Assembly (NCBI GenBank): GCA_963776165.1
Contig: CAVZLI010000001.1
Span: 130,658-194,657 of the forward strand
Direction of reading: 5' to 3'
DNA: 64,000 bases
Source: an uncultured Verrucomicrobiae bacterium
Lineage (GTDB): Bacteria; Verrucomicrobiota; Verrucomicrobiia; Chthoniobacterales; JACTMZ01
Within the stretch, counting starts at the first letter, position 1. Each line of letters begins with the position of its first letter. Of the stretch, positions 18,286 to 27,433 are shown piece by piece. The notes under the pieces are model-generated. The model had not been told where the DNA came from and did not search any database. It worked only from the letters and a program-made list of their open reading frames with translations. Both the position numbers and the translations under genes were made by a program.

Positions 18286-19040
18286 GGTGCGGGGGGGAAG
18301 CGTGTCCCGGCGTCCCCGCCGGCGAGGGCGGCGGCCAGTTGTCCCGGTCGGCGGCCGTCGAGAATCCACGTTTCGATGCCGGCCGCGGTGGCAAAGGCCA
18401 CGGCGTCGAGCTTGCTGCCCATCCCGCCGGTGCTGTGCGTCCCTTTGTCGGCGGTGACGTGGCGCCGGGCCTCGTCGAGGTCGGTCACCACGGGGAGGCG
18501 CTGCCCGTCGCCCTGCAGTCCATCGCTGCCGGTGAGGATGAGAAACAGGTCGGCACCGCAGAGCTCGGCCACTTCGGCGCCGAGGCGGTCGTTGTCCCCG
18601 AAGCGGAGTTCCTCCACGGCCACCGAGTCGTTTTCGTTGATCACGGGAACGACTTTCGGAAAGGCGAGAAGCTCGCGCAGGGTGTTTTCAGCGTTGCGGC
18701 GCCGCTGCCGGCTGTCGATGTCGCCGTGGGTAAGGAGGAGTTGGGCGGCGGACAGACCGTGCTCCGCGAACGCCTCCTGCCACGCGCGCATCAGTTGCGA
18801 TTGGCCGACGGCCGCGCAGGCCTGCTTGGCGGGCAAGGATGACGGGCGTTCCGTCAGACCCAGCGCGGCCACGCCGGCGGCCACGGCGGCGCTGGAAATG
18901 ACAACCACGGGGTGTCCGGCGTCGACGAGGCCGGCGATCTCCGTGGCGAGGCGACGGAATTGGTCGCGATCAAGTTGCAAGCCGCTGGCGTCGGCGGTCA
19001 GGACGCCGGTGCCGAGTTTGATAACGAGACGTTTGTTCAT
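18282..19040 (-). CDS. proB: glutamate 5-kinase (no PUA domain)
   Basis: ORF 18282..19061, with ATG at 19040 (MNKRLVIKLGTGVLT). Conserved NENDSV and FGDNDRL motifs are present. Confidence 0.85.
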   Translation of the reverse strand: MNKRLVIKLGTGVLTADASGLQLDRDQFRRLATEIAGLVDAGHPVVVISSAAVAAGVAALGLTERPSSLPAKQACAAVGQSQLMRAWQEAFAEHGLSAAQLLLTHGDIDSRQRRRNAENTLRELLAFPKVVPVINENDSVAVEELRFGDNDRLGAEVAELCGADLFLILTGSDGLQGDGQRLPVVTDLDEARRHVTADKGTHSTGGMGSKLDAVAFATAAGIETWILDGRRPGQLAAALAGGDAGTRFPPAP

Positions 19041-20008
19041 GCGCGCAAGAGCGAGAGGCAACCGGCCTCGAGGGCGATATCTTCCTTCACGTTGCGGTCC
19101 AGAAAAAGCCGCAGGCGCGCCGCGCCGTCAAGGACGCGCAGCAGGTCCGCATCCTCGAATTGCCCGGCGAGGCGACGGGATTCCTCGGCGAGGCCGGAAA
19201 ATTGCAGGGCGGCGACACCGTGCCGGGCACGGAGGACATCGGCGGTGCGCTCGGCCACGATCCCGATGAGGTGCTGGCGGATGCCGAGCACGCGCGCTTC
19301 CACGAGGGCCTTGAGGCGGGCTTCCTCGTCTTTGAGCCATTCCTCCTCCGCCGTGTCGCCGAGGCGCTTTTTTTCCGCCTTGAAGGCAGCGGTCAGTTCC
19401 TTTTCCACGCCCTCCCGCGCCTCGCGGAGCAAGGTTTGCAGACGGCGCGCGAGGCGCAGCGCCGCGCCGGCGCGACGGTCCGGCCCGGCGGAGAGCACTT
19501 CGCCTGTGGCCGCGGCCACCTCGGCGGCGGGACCGTCGAGATCGGGCAGCGCGGCGGACCGTACAGGGAAATGGGCGCAGCGCGACACGATGGTGACGGG
19601 CAGGAGTCCGGGGTTGGAAGTGACCAGAATGAAAAGTGTGTTGTCCGGCGGTTCCTCGAGGGTTTTGAGAAAAGCATTGGCCGCGTTGGTATGCAGCCGG
19701 TCCGCATCGAGAATGATGCCGGTCTTGGTCGCCCCCGCACGAAAGCTAGTGGAGAAGAAGGGTTCGCAGAATTGGTGGAAGGGCTCGACGAGGATGCGGC
19801 GGGATTTGGAGCCGGGTTCCAGCTTGTGAATGTCGGGGTGGCGCACGGTCTCTTCCGGCGCGATGTCATTGGCCAGGGCGGCGATTTCCATGGCCAGTCG
19901 CGAACGGCCGCTGCCGGGGGTGCCGGTCAAAAGCATGGCGTGCGGCAGTCGCCCGTGTTGCCGGGCCCGGCGCAATCGTTCAAGGATGTCAGCGGGAGAA
20001 AAAGCCAT
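19037..20008 (-). CDS. holB: DNA polymerase III subunit delta'
   Basis: Internal ATG at 20008 gives MAFSPADILERL...HAMLLTGTPGSGRS (AAA+ P-loop-like). LKTLEEPP and SRC motifs are present. Confidence 0.7.
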   Translation of the reverse strand: MAFSPADILERLRRARQHGRLPHAMLLTGTPGSGRSRLAMEIAALANDIAPEETVRHPDIHKLEPGSKSRRILVEPFHQFCEPFFSTSFRAGATKTGIILDADRLHTNAANAFLKTLEEPPDNTLFILVTSNPGLLPVTIVSRCAHFPVRSAALPDLDGPAAEVAAATGEVLSAGPDRRAGAALRLARRLQTLLREAREGVEKELTAAFKAEKKRLGDTAEEEWLKDEEARLKALVEARVLGIRQHLIGIVAERTADVLRARHGVAALQFSGLAEESRRLAGQFEDADLLRVLDGAARLRLFLDRNVKEDIALEAGCLSLLRA

Positions 20009-20633
20009 GGAAACGTTCGAGGAGGATGCCGTGGATTTCGCCGGCCAACTCGCTTTCGGTGCGGGTCGCGTCGAGGACGGCAAAGCGCGCGGGCTCGGCT
20101 TGCGCGGCGCGGAGGTAACCCTCGCGCACCGCCTCGTAGAAAGCCAGCGGTTCGCTCTCCATGCGATCGCGTTCGCGATCCCGTTTGTGCAGGCGCTGGA
20201 ATGCCTCGCGGGCGTCCATGTCCAGCAGGAAGGTGACATCCGGCAGGGTGTCGCCGATGGCGAAGCCGTTGACCGTGCGGGTCATGGCCGGATCGAGTTG
20301 CCGCGCCACGCCTTGGTAAACGGCGGTGGAGTCATGGAAGCGGTCGCTGATGACCACGCGGCCGGCGTCGAGGGCCGGACGGATGATCTCGCGCACGAGC
20401 TGGGAGCGACTGGCGGCAAAGAGGAACAGTTCGGCCTCGGGCACCATGCCGTGGCCCTCGGGCGCGTGCTGCAGCAAATGCCGGATGGCATCGCCCGCGG
20501 GGGTGCCCCCGGGTTCGCGGGTGAGGACGGGGTCGTGCCCGTGCTCCCGCAGCCATGCGGCGAGCTGTTTTATCTGGGTCGACTTGCCGCAACCCTCCGA
20601 CCCCTCGAATGTGACAAATAGGCCTCGTCTCAT
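19989..20633 (-). CDS. tmk: thymidylate kinase
   Basis: 214-aa ORF with FVTFEGSEGCGKST (P-loop) and the TREPGGTP motif. Confidence 0.9.
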   Translation of the reverse strand: MRRGLFVTFEGSEGCGKSTQIKQLAAWLREHGHDPVLTREPGGTPAGDAIRHLLQHAPEGHGMVPEAELFLFAASRSQLVREIIRPALDAGRVVISDRFHDSTAVYQGVARQLDPAMTRTVNGFAIGDTLPDVTFLLDMDAREAFQRLHKRDRERDRMESEPLAFYEAVREGYLRAAQAEPARFAVLDATRTESELAGEIHGILLERFHGFFSR

Positions 20634-20697
20634 GAAACCGGCGGATTAGACTCCGACCAAGCCGCGGGGGCAAAAGCATTTCGCGGTGGCCGCCGGC

Positions 20698-21750
20698 ATG
20701 AAAATTGTTTTTGTCGAGACCGAGGATGACGAACGCGCGTTCTTCGCGGAAAGTCTTCCCGGGCATGAGGTCGCTTTCGTCGAGTCGGTCGAGGAGGTGC
20801 CTGCAGATGCTGAGATCGTTTCGGTTTTCGTCAACTCGCGGGTCGGCGCGTCATTTTTGCGGCGGCATCCGCACTTGAAGCTGGTCGCCTCTCGTTCCTC
20901 GGCCATCGACCATCTCGACACCAAAGCCGCGGCCAAAGCAGGCGTGGTGCTGGCCCACGTGCCGGAATACGGGGCCGCCACGGTCGCGGAGCATACCTTT
21001 GCCTTGATGCTCGGTGTGGCGCGGCGTTTGCGTCACTGTCTGGATAGCCGGAACCGCGGCCGGGGGGCGACCGAGCGTCTGCGCGGGCTCGAATTGCGCG
21101 GCAAGACCCTCGGCGTGGTCGGCACGGGGCGGGTGGGGCGCATGGTTATCCAAATCGCCAAGGCCTTCGGCATGGATTGCCTGGCCTTCGACATGAAACC
21201 GGACAAGGCGCTGGCCGCGGAGTTGGGTTTTCGCTACGTCACTTTGGATGCCCTGCTTCGCAAGTCCGACATCATCACCCTGCATGTGCCCCTCACGCCG
21301 CGTACGCGGCACATGCTCAACGCCAAACGTTTGGCGCGCTGCAAACCGGGCGTCATCCTCGTCAACACGGCCCGCGGGGCGCTCGTCGACCTCGACGCCC
21401 TCCTGCAGGGGCTCAACAGCGGCCAGATCGGCGGCATGGGGCTCGATGTGCTTGAGGACGAAGCGGCCTTCCGCGCCGATGCCTCGCGCATCATCGGCGC
21501 GCAGATCGTGCAAAAGATCCATGCCATGTCCACGCCGGGGGGAGACACGGGCCGCCGCGCCGAGCGTCTCCGCGAATTGCAGGGCATCATGCGCAACCGG
21601 CAGTTGCTGGCCCACGAGAATGTTTTCTTCACCCCGCACGTCGGCTTCAACAGCGTCGAAGCCATCGAGCGCATCAACCGCGGCACCGTGCAGAACATCC
21701 GCGAGTTTATCGCGGGTCGGTTGAGCGAGGAGGCTGTTGTCCGCCTATGA
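20698..21750 (+). CDS. D-isomer-specific 2-hydroxyacid dehydrogenase
   Basis: ORF 20686..21750. It contains the NAD-binding GKTLGVVGTGRVGR motif and a catalytic-domain layout. The start at MKIVFVE is chosen. Confidence 0.7.
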   Translation: MKIVFVETEDDERAFFAESLPGHEVAFVESVEEVPADAEIVSVFVNSRVGASFLRRHPHLKLVASRSSAIDHLDTKAAAKAGVVLAHVPEYGAATVAEHTFALMLGVARRLRHCLDSRNRGRGATERLRGLELRGKTLGVVGTGRVGRMVIQIAKAFGMDCLAFDMKPDKALAAELGFRYVTLDALLRKSDIITLHVPLTPRTRHMLNAKRLARCKPGVILVNTARGALVDLDALLQGLNSGQIGGMGLDVLEDEAAFRADASRIIGAQIVQKIHAMSTPGGDTGRRAERLRELQGIMRNRQLLAHENVFFTPHVGFNSVEAIERINRGTVQNIREFIAGRLSEEAVVRL

Positions 21751-22157
21751 AGCACTGGATGGTCAAACAGGAACCCGACTCCTACCCGTGGGAGCAATTC
21801 GTGCGCGACAAGGGCACGGCGTGGACGGGTGTGCGGAACTTCCAAGCCCGCAACAACCTCCGCGCCATGCGCGAGGGCGACGAGGTTTTCTACTACCACA
21901 GCGTCAAAGGAAAGTGCGTGGTAGGCGTGGCCAAGGTCGCGCGTGAAGCCTACCCCGACACCACGGCTGCCGAAGGCGACTGGTCCTGCGTCGACCTCGT
22001 GCCGGTGCGGGCCTGCCGCACGCCGGTCGATCTCGACCAAATCAAAGCCGAACCCGGCTTGCGCGATATCGCGCTGCTGCGCCAATCGCGTTTGAGCGTG
22101 ATGCCGCTCACCGCCGCCGAGGCCAAAATCCTCCGCAAGCTCGGAGGCCTTTCGTGA
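21747..22157 (+). CDS. EVE (PUA-like, DUF55) domain protein
   Basis: 136-aa ORF with MKHWMVKQEPDSYPW...GVRNFQARNNLRAMREGDEVFYYHS, typical of EVE domains. ATGA overlap upstream and GTGA overlap downstream. Confidence 0.8.
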   Translation: MKHWMVKQEPDSYPWEQFVRDKGTAWTGVRNFQARNNLRAMREGDEVFYYHSVKGKCVVGVAKVAREAYPDTTAAEGDWSCVDLVPVRACRTPVDLDQIKAEPGLRDIALLRQSRLSVMPLTAAEAKILRKLGGLS

Positions 22158-24007
22158 GGCGTTGGCCGGCCGTTGTTCTCCTGGCCGGAGCCTCGGCGGT
22201 TGTCCCGGCCTCGGCCTTCGAATCCCGGCCCGACCCCAAAGCGTGGCAGACGGCCGCGGTCTGGTATCAGATTTTCCCCGAACGCTTCCGCAACGGCGAC
22301 CCGTCGAATGATCCTGGGCGCGACAGTCTCGGCGGCAAGGAGTGGACGCCGGAATCCTGGCAGGTGCGCGCGTGGACCTCGGACTGGTATGCGCGCGATG
22401 CGTGGGAGCAAGCGCGGGCCGACAATTTTTATTGGACTGTGGCCGAGCGCCGCTACGGCGGCGACATTCAAGGCATCATCGACAAGCTCGATTACCTGCA
22501 GGATCTCGGGATCAACGCCATCTACCTCAACCCGGTTTTCTGGTCCGGTTCGCACCACAAATACGATGCTTACAGTTTTCACCACATCGATCCTTGGTTC
22601 GGACCCGACCCGCAAGGAGACCTCAAGATTATCGCATCCGAGACGGAGGATCCCGCGACATGGAAATGGACGGCGGCCGACAAGCTGTTCCTCGACATGG
22701 TGAAGCAGGCGCATCAGCGCGGCATTCGCGTCATTCTTGATGGAGTGTTCAACCACGCCGGCCTCGGCTTTTTCGCTTTCGAGGATGTCCGGAAAAACCA
22801 GCAGGCTTCGCGATTCAAGGACTGGTTCATTGTCGAGTCTTGGGACAATCCGGAAACGCCGGAAGACGAGTTCCGTTGGAAGGGGTGGCACGGGATCACG
22901 GAGTTGCCGGAGTTCGCCGAGGTGGAGACTCCGGAGGGCGGCGATTTGTTGCCCGCCGTGAAGAGCTATCTGATGGCCGTGACCCGGCGCTGGATGCAGC
23001 CCGACGGCGATGTCAGCCAGGGGATCGACGGCTGGCGGCTCGACGTTGCCTGGATGGTGCCGAATGCGTTCTGGCGGGAGTGGAACGCCCTGGTCCACGA
23101 GATCAATCCCTCCGCTTACACCGTGACGGAAATCTGGAAGGACGCCCACGAGGTCACGCTGGGGGGGGATTTCGACGCGACGATGAACTACGAAGGCTTC
23201 GCCATGCCGGTCAAAGGTTGGCTCTTCGACACCGCGCTCAAGCCGTCGGAATTCACCGCGTGGCTCGATCGCACGCGGGCCACGTGGCCCGAGCCCGTGG
23301 CCCTGCGGCTGCAAAATCTCGTCGATTCGCACGACACGCCGCGGGCGGGGTCGGCGGCGATGGATGGACGGCCCGGCAAAAAGTATATCAAACGCCGCGA
23401 GTTCGACCTCGCGGTCAACGGAAGTGTCTCGCCCAAGAGCAACGCGGATTACCGTTGGCAAAAACCCGACGAGCGCGCCTGGAAGCTGGTGCGCATGGCG
23501 GCCGTGCTGCAGATGACCTACGTCGGGACTCCCTTCATTTTTTACGGCGGCGAGGCGGGGATGTGGGGCGCCAACGACCCGGATTGCCGCAAGCCGATGG
23601 TCTGGGACGATTTGCAATACGACCCGGAATTCATGGGACCGGACGGGCAACGGGTCGGACCGCAGGAGGTGAAGTTCGACCGCGATCTGCACGCGTTTTT
23701 CAAAGCGGCCATCGCCTTGCGTCGCGAAACGCCGGCTCTCAATCAAGGCGGCTTCCGCTGGTTGGCTGTCGATGACGCGGCCAACACGCTGGTCATGGAG
23801 CGCCGTGACGGCAAGTCGATGGCGGTGGTGGCCTTCAATCGCAACGAGGGTCCGCAAACGGTGCGCTTCGAGGCGCCTGCCGGTTGGCCGGACCATGCGG
23901 TGCGCGCCGCGTTCGTCTCCGACGGGGGATCGGTGGTCCTGCGGCGCATCGGCAACGAGTTGTTGGCCGATCTCCCGCCGCTGACCGCCGCGGTCTTTTT
24001 GCCGTGA
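22154..24007 (+). CDS. secreted glycoside hydrolase family 13 (alpha-amylase/neopullulanase-like)
   Basis: 617-aa ORF with a signal-like N-terminus. GH13 regions are present: YQIFPERF, YGGDIQGIIDKLDYLQDLGINAIYLNPVF, VILDGVFNHAG, DGWRLDVA, EIW, DSHDTPR. Confidence 0.88.
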   Translation: MRRWPAVVLLAGASAVVPASAFESRPDPKAWQTAAVWYQIFPERFRNGDPSNDPGRDSLGGKEWTPESWQVRAWTSDWYARDAWEQARADNFYWTVAERRYGGDIQGIIDKLDYLQDLGINAIYLNPVFWSGSHHKYDAYSFHHIDPWFGPDPQGDLKIIASETEDPATWKWTAADKLFLDMVKQAHQRGIRVILDGVFNHAGLGFFAFEDVRKNQQASRFKDWFIVESWDNPETPEDEFRWKGWHGITELPEFAEVETPEGGDLLPAVKSYLMAVTRRWMQPDGDVSQGIDGWRLDVAWMVPNAFWREWNALVHEINPSAYTVTEIWKDAHEVTLGGDFDATMNYEGFAMPVKGWLFDTALKPSEFTAWLDRTRATWPEPVALRLQNLVDSHDTPRAGSAAMDGRPGKKYIKRREFDLAVNGSVSPKSNADYRWQKPDERAWKLVRMAAVLQMTYVGTPFIFYGGEAGMWGANDPDCRKPMVWDDLQYDPEFMGPDGQRVGPQEVKFDRDLHAFFKAAIALRRETPALNQGGFRWLAVDDAANTLVMERRDGKSMAVVAFNRNEGPQTVRFEAPAGWPDHAVRAAFVSDGGSVVLRRIGNELLADLPPLTAAVFLP

Positions 24008-24029
24008 GTTCGGGGTTCGGTCTGGCAGG

Positions 24030-24695
24030 ATGCGCGCGATGAATTCCCGCGCCGCTTTGCTCTGGACCGTCTTCCTCGCCGTCGGGGCGCTGGGTTTGAT
24101 GGTTGCCGGTTTCGGCGTGTGGGACCAACCGCTGCTGGAAGCCGTGCGCGACGGGTCCGGGCGCGCGTGGAAAAAGCTCGCGCGTGGACTGTCGTTCTAC
24201 GGCGACTTTCCGTGGCTTTTCGGGGGCGGAATTCTCGTGCTGTGGCTGAGCTTGCGCCTGCCCAAGCGGGAATGGGCACGGATCCTCACCGCCATGCTTC
24301 TGGCCGGAATCGTGGCCGGCATGGTCTCCAACATCGTGAAACTCGGCACCGGCCGCGTGCGTCCGCGCGTGGAGGACGTGCAACACGGATGGTATGGTCC
24401 GCGGCACGAAGGGCGCTGGGTTTCGCTGCAGCACAAGTTCCAAGGCTTTCCGTCTTCGCACGCGGCTTGCGCATTCGGTTTTTTCTATCCGCTGTTCCTT
24501 TCGCGGCGCGGGTGGGGGACACTCGGGTTGCTTGCCGCGGCTGCCATTGCGTGGTCGCGCGTGCAATTGAACGCGCACCATCTTTCCGACGTGGCCGCGG
24601 GAGCCTTTCTCGGCTTCGTTGCCGGATGGATCATCTGGCGGTGGATTGTCGAACGCGGCGGGTTGTCGCGCTGGTTGGGCGACGTGAAATCTTAG
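24030..24695 (+). CDS. PAP2-family membrane phosphatase
   Basis: 221-aa ORF with the PAP2 motifs KLGTGRVRP, PSSHA and SRVQLNAHHLSD. Confidence 0.75.
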   Translation: MRAMNSRAALLWTVFLAVGALGLMVAGFGVWDQPLLEAVRDGSGRAWKKLARGLSFYGDFPWLFGGGILVLWLSLRLPKREWARILTAMLLAGIVAGMVSNIVKLGTGRVRPRVEDVQHGWYGPRHEGRWVSLQHKFQGFPSSHAACAFGFFYPLFLSRRGWGTLGLLAAAAIAWSRVQLNAHHLSDVAAGAFLGFVAGWIIWRWIVERGGLSRWLGDVKS

Positions 24696-25030
24696 CCCGG
24701 GGGCCAGTCGAGAGGGCGGCCGCCGAGGAGGTGGATGTGGAGGTGGGGGACGCTTTCGCCGGCGTGGGGGCCGTGGTTGATGACCAAACGGTAGCCGGTT
24801 TCGTCGAGGCCCTCTTGCTTGGCGATATCGCGCGCGGCGAGGAGCAGTTTGCCGAGAATAGTGGCGTCGTTGTCGCGGGCCTGGCCGATGCGCGGGATGA
24901 CGCGCTGCGGGATGACGAGAATGTGGACCGGCGCCTGCGGGTTGATGTCGCGAATGGCGAGGACATCCCGGTCGTTGCGGACAATGTCGGCGGGGATCTC
25001 GCCGGCGGCGATGCGTTCGAAAAGGGTCAT
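24692..25030 (-). CDS. HIT-family (histidine triad) protein
   Basis: ATG at 25030 gives MTLFERIAAGEIPADIV. The histidine triad HLHIHLLGG is present. Confidence 0.85.
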   Translation of the reverse strand: MTLFERIAAGEIPADIVRNDRDVLAIRDINPQAPVHILVIPQRVIPRIGQARDNDATILGKLLLAARDIAKQEGLDETGYRLVINHGPHAGESVPHLHIHLLGGRPLDWPPG

Positions 25031-25587
25031 GTCAGTTCGAGTTCCAATCCGCGCTTGCGGCGCAGGCGCACGGCCTGTCCGCGCACATGGGCCACGATTT
25101 CGTTGCGCAGGGCTGCGCAGTCCTTGCGCCAGGAGCGGGCGCGGCGGAGACGTTTGACGCAGGCGGCGAGGTCGCAGAGTTCGATGCGCGGGGTGCGGGA
25201 GGCGAGGACGCGGCGCAGGGTGCGGTCGAGTTCGTGAAAGAAGGCGAGTTCGTAGCCGGTGCCGGCAGACTCGGCCAGGGCGGCGAGGGAAATGCGGACG
25301 GGAGGTTCGGGAAGTTTGAAGCCGCGGGCCACCTCGGGGTAGCCGATGACTTGGAGGACGCTGGAAACAAGGGTGCGCAGACACTGGCTGGCGATGATGT
25401 TTTCCTCGAATTCGCGTTCGAGGTAGCTGGTCACGCTCTCGGCAACGTGTGGAGCGAGCCACCAACGGTCGTAGCCGGCTTCCTCGGCGGCCTCGGCCAC
25501 GGCACGCTCGAGCCAGGCGCGCTCGTATTTGATGGCGCGCTTGTCGGCGAGGCGGACCAGCGGGAGGTTGTCGGCGAAGGCGATCAT
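25027..25587 (-). CDS. hypothetical protein coupled between nrdR and the HIT gene
   Basis: 186-aa ORF with ATGA overlaps at both ends (25584-25587 and 25027-25030). I do not recognise the family. Confidence 0.5.
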   Translation of the reverse strand: MIAFADNLPLVRLADKRAIKYERAWLERAVAEAAEEAGYDRWWLAPHVAESVTSYLEREFEENIIASQCLRTLVSSVLQVIGYPEVARGFKLPEPPVRISLAALAESAGTGYELAFFHELDRTLRRVLASRTPRIELCDLAACVKRLRRARSWRKDCAALRNEIVAHVRGQAVRLRRKRGLELELT

Positions 25588-26111
25588 GCGGGGACGGCGG
25601 GTTCTTTCGGAGCTTTGGCGGGGACGTTGAAAAGCTCGGGTTGGTCGGCACGGCGGGGGGTGCGCTTTTTCATCTGCTCGACTTCATCGACGAACTCGCC
25701 CGCTTCCTGGAATTGACGGTAGATGGAGGCGTAGCGCACGTAGGCGACGGGATCGACGGCTTGGAGTTTTTCCATGGCGCGCAGGCCGATGAGGCGGCTG
25801 GGGACTTCGCGTCCGGTCTCCGCGCCGAGTTCGGTGACGATTTCATCGACGAGACGTTCGAGGGTCTCGAGTTTGATCGGGCGCTTCTCGCAGGCTTTGG
25901 AAAGACTGCTCAGCAGCTTGTAGCGGTGGAAAGGTTCGGTGCGGCCGTTGCGTTTGAGCACACGGAGTTCGATCTGCTCGATAGCCTCATATGTGGTGTA
26001 GCGTGTGCCGCAAGCGACACACTGCCTGCGACGACGGATTCGATCGCCTTCTTGGATGGTGCGCGAGTCGATGACGCGGTCGCGCATGTCTCCGCAACGG
26101 GGGCAACGCAT
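25584..26111 (-). CDS. nrdR: transcriptional repressor NrdR
   Basis: ATG at 26111 gives MRCPRCGDMRDRVIDSR...RRRRQCVACGTRYTTYE (zinc ribbon) followed by an ATP-cone. Confidence 0.9.
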   Translation of the reverse strand: MRCPRCGDMRDRVIDSRTIQEGDRIRRRRQCVACGTRYTTYEAIEQIELRVLKRNGRTEPFHRYKLLSSLSKACEKRPIKLETLERLVDEIVTELGAETGREVPSRLIGLRAMEKLQAVDPVAYVRYASIYRQFQEAGEFVDEVEQMKKRTPRRADQPELFNVPAKAPKEPAVPA

Positions 26112-26139
26112 GGTGGTTTGGACTAGCCACCGGCAGCAA

Positions 26140-26161
26140 ACACCACAACCTGTTGTGGTGT
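26140..26161. promoter_or_regulatory. perfect 10-bp inverted repeat upstream of nrdR (candidate operator, NrdR-box-like core)
   Basis: ACACCACAAC-CT-GTTGTGGTGT sits 29 nt upstream of the nrdR ATG, in the nrdR/mog divergent spacer. It shares the CCACAA/TTGTGG core with the sites upstream of nrdJ. Confidence 0.5.
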
Positions 26162-26204
26162 CAATAGCCTTGGTCGTTTTTTCGTGAGCAGGTATGGTGC
26201 GGTT

Positions 26205-26723
26205 ATGAATCATCAGGTTTTTCCTATCGGGCGCATCACCTTGAGCGACCGTGCGGCGGCCGGCGTTTACGAGGACGCCAGCGGACCGGAGATCGAGCGC
26301 GTGTTGCGCGGATTTTTCGACGAGGAGATGGAATTCCATGCGCGCGTGCTGCCGGACGACCGCACCGCGATCGAGGAGACGTTGCGCCTGATGGTCGACG
26401 ACGGGCTGCCGCTCATCGTCACCACGGGTGGCACCGGGCCGGCAGAGCGCGACGTCACGCCCGAGGCCACGCGTGAGGTGATCGAAAAAGAGTTGCCCGG
26501 GTTCGGCGAGGTCATGCGGATGAAATCATTCGTCAGCGTGCCGACGGCAATTCTTTCGCGCGCGGTGGCGGGGGTTGCTGGGCGTTCTCTCATCGTGAAT
26601 TTGCCCGGCCGTCCGGCCGCGATCGCCGAGTGCTTGACCTTGCTCGCGCCGGCTATCGCCGAATGCCTCGACCATGTCGCGGGCTGGCGTCCGCGTTTGG
26701 CTTCCACTACAAAGACCCCGTGA
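26205..26723 (+). CDS. mog: molybdopterin adenylyltransferase (MogA-like)
   Basis: ORF 26184..26723. The ATG at 26205 gives MNHQVFPIGRITLSDRAAAGVYED. The TTGGTGP motif is present. Confidence 0.75.
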   Translation: MNHQVFPIGRITLSDRAAAGVYEDASGPEIERVLRGFFDEEMEFHARVLPDDRTAIEETLRLMVDDGLPLIVTTGGTGPAERDVTPEATREVIEKELPGFGEVMRMKSFVSVPTAILSRAVAGVAGRSLIVNLPGRPAAIAECLTLLAPAIAECLDHVAGWRPRLASTTKTP

Positions 26724-27403
26724 AAACGCGCGTCTTGCTCGTCCGCCACGGGGCCACGGTTCTTTCAGCCGAGGACCGTTTCGCCGGGGCGACCAATGTG
26801 GAATTGAGCGATGGCGGGCGAGAGCAGGTCGAAGCGCTGTCGCGGCGTCTGTCCGGGCAGCCCGTTGCCGCGTTTTACGCCTCGCCTTTGGACCGCACGA
26901 TGGAGACGGCCCGTATCCTGGCCGCGCCCCATGGCAAAAGCGTGGAACCGGAGGCCGGTTTCCTCGAAATCAACCACGGCGTTTGGGAGGGGCTCACGCG
27001 GCAGGAGGCGGAAAACAATTTCGGTGACATGTATGCCAAGTGGGAGAAGGACCCCTACAATTTCGCGCCGCAGGACGGTGAAACCGGTCTGGCCGTGACC
27101 GCACGGGCCATGCCGGCCTTGTTGCGCGTGGTGGCCGCGCACGCGGGTCAAATCATCTGCGTGGTCTCGCATAAAGCGACGATCCGCCTGCTTCTCGGCG
27201 CCATCCTCGGCTTCGATCCGCGCCGTTACCGCGACCACCTCGATCTCAATCCGGCGTCGCTCAGCATCCTCGACTTTCGCGACAGCATGGAAGCGCGTCT
27301 AACCTTGTTCAACGACGTGGCGCATTACGCGCCGGATGGGTTGGCCATTCCTCCGATGCCCGGTGGAAGATTGTCTAAGGCTTGGGGCGACGGGAAGAAA
27401 TGA
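26720..27403 (+). CDS. histidine phosphatase family protein (phosphoglycerate mutase-like)
   Basis: The GTG at 26720 (GTGA overlap with the mog stop) gives VKTRVLLVRHGAT (RHG motif). A downstream SHKATIR region is present. Confidence 0.7.
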   Translation: MKTRVLLVRHGATVLSAEDRFAGATNVELSDGGREQVEALSRRLSGQPVAAFYASPLDRTMETARILAAPHGKSVEPEAGFLEINHGVWEGLTRQEAENNFGDMYAKWEKDPYNFAPQDGETGLAVTARAMPALLRVVAAHAGQIICVVSHKATIRLLLGAILGFDPRRYRDHLDLNPASLSILDFRDSMEARLTLFNDVAHYAPDGLAIPPMPGGRLSKAWGDGKK

Positions 27404-27433
27404 TGCCGGCCCCCATTGCCGGGGACGGTAACT

